This document shows positions 63,485-64,000 of a stretch of 64,000 nt of DNA, in pieces. The notes under the pieces are model-generated. The model saw only the letters and a program-made list of their open reading frames with translations. It was not told where the DNA came from and made no database searches. The translations under genes and the position numbers were made by a program. The number at the start of each line of letters is the position of its first letter. The stretch's first letter is position 1. This stretch comes from Vicugna vicugna (lineage: Eukaryota): the NCBI GenBank assembly GCA_013265495.1, contig MU058228.1, forward strand, positions 124,001-188,000, written 5' to 3'.

Positions 63485-64000
63485 ATGTGGCAGAGGAATC
63501 AGACCTCTCTGGCCAACTTCATCCTCGAAGGGCTCTTTGATGACTCCCTCACTCACCTTTCCCTTTTCTCCTTGACCTTGGTGGTCTTCCTCATTGCGGT
63601 GGGCGGCAACGCCCTCACCATCCTCCTCATCTGTGCTGACCCCTGGCTTCATACACCCATGTACTTCCTCCTGAGTCAGCTCTCCCTCATGGATCTGATG
63701 CACGTCTGCACAACCATCCCCAAGATGGCGACCAGCTACCTCTCTGGCGAGAAGTCCATCTCCTTTGTGGGCTGTGCAACGCAGCACTTCCTCTATTTGT
63801 CTCTGGGTGGCGCTGAGTGTCTTCTCCTAGCTTTCATGTCCTATGACCGCTATGTTGCCATCTGTCACCCACTGCGCTACACTGTTCTCATGAACAGAAA
63901 GGTGAGACTGATGATGGTCGCCATGTCTTGGTTGGGAGCATCGATAAACTCCCTAATTCACACAGCGATCTTAATGCACTTCCCTTTCTGTGGGCTTCGA
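63485..64000 (+). CDS. OR2AE1: Olfactory receptor 2AE1 ortholog, 5' part (runs off the window end)
   Basis: Open frame MWQRNQTSLANFILEGLFDDSLTHL...LHTPMYFLLSQLSLMD...MSYDRYVAICHPLRY...HFPFCGLR with no stop in 172 codons. A splice acceptor (polypyrimidine tract and CAG at 63467) lies just upstream of the ATG. Synteny with TRIM4 and GJC3 fits. Confidence 0.9.
   Translation, partial: MWQRNQTSLANFILEGLFDDSLTHLSLFSLTLVVFLIAVGGNALTILLICADPWLHTPMYFLLSQLSLMDLMHVCTTIPKMATSYLSGEKSISFVGCATQHFLYLSLGGAECLLLAFMSYDRYVAICHPLRYTVLMNRKVRLMMVAMSWLGASINSLIHTAILMHFPFCGLR

Noticed and set aside
63347..63787. 146-aa minus-strand ORF
   Set aside because: It is the antisense shadow of the olfactory receptor CDS.

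Overview
This is mammalian genomic DNA, probably from a camelid: its tRNA-derived SINEs and young L1 3' end resemble camelid families as I recall them, which I have not verified. It covers the conserved AZGP1-GJC3-TRIM4-OR2AE1 neighbourhood. Supported genes are an intact 4-exon AZGP1 on the minus strand (CDS 13402->7936, 309 aa), a decayed tandem AZGP1-like pseudogene just upstream (exon 2/3 remnants, ~15.45-17.0 kb), GJC3 (+, 29195-30016), a 6-coding-exon TRIM4 (+, 34854-49684, 475 aa) and the 5' part of OR2AE1 (+, 63485 to window end). The rest is mostly L1, L2, MIR, MaLR/ERVL, hAT and SINE remnants. I see no evidence for a wholly new biological system. The notable signals are structural: (1) a ~350-bp, ~95%-identical tract inside an otherwise old AZGP1 duplication, placed on both flanks of the functional gene; (2) a 72-bp inverted repeat at a truncated L1 end, suggesting a ~1-kb micro-inversion; (3) a tail-only SINE with a 15-bp TSD inside a pseudo-exon; (4) a 138-bp tandem duplication containing an orphan poly(A) insertion; (5) a solo LTR with a phased CCAAT array; (6) some unexplained minus-strand exon-like signals at 1.4-2.3 kb. 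All alignments and identity figures were done by eye.
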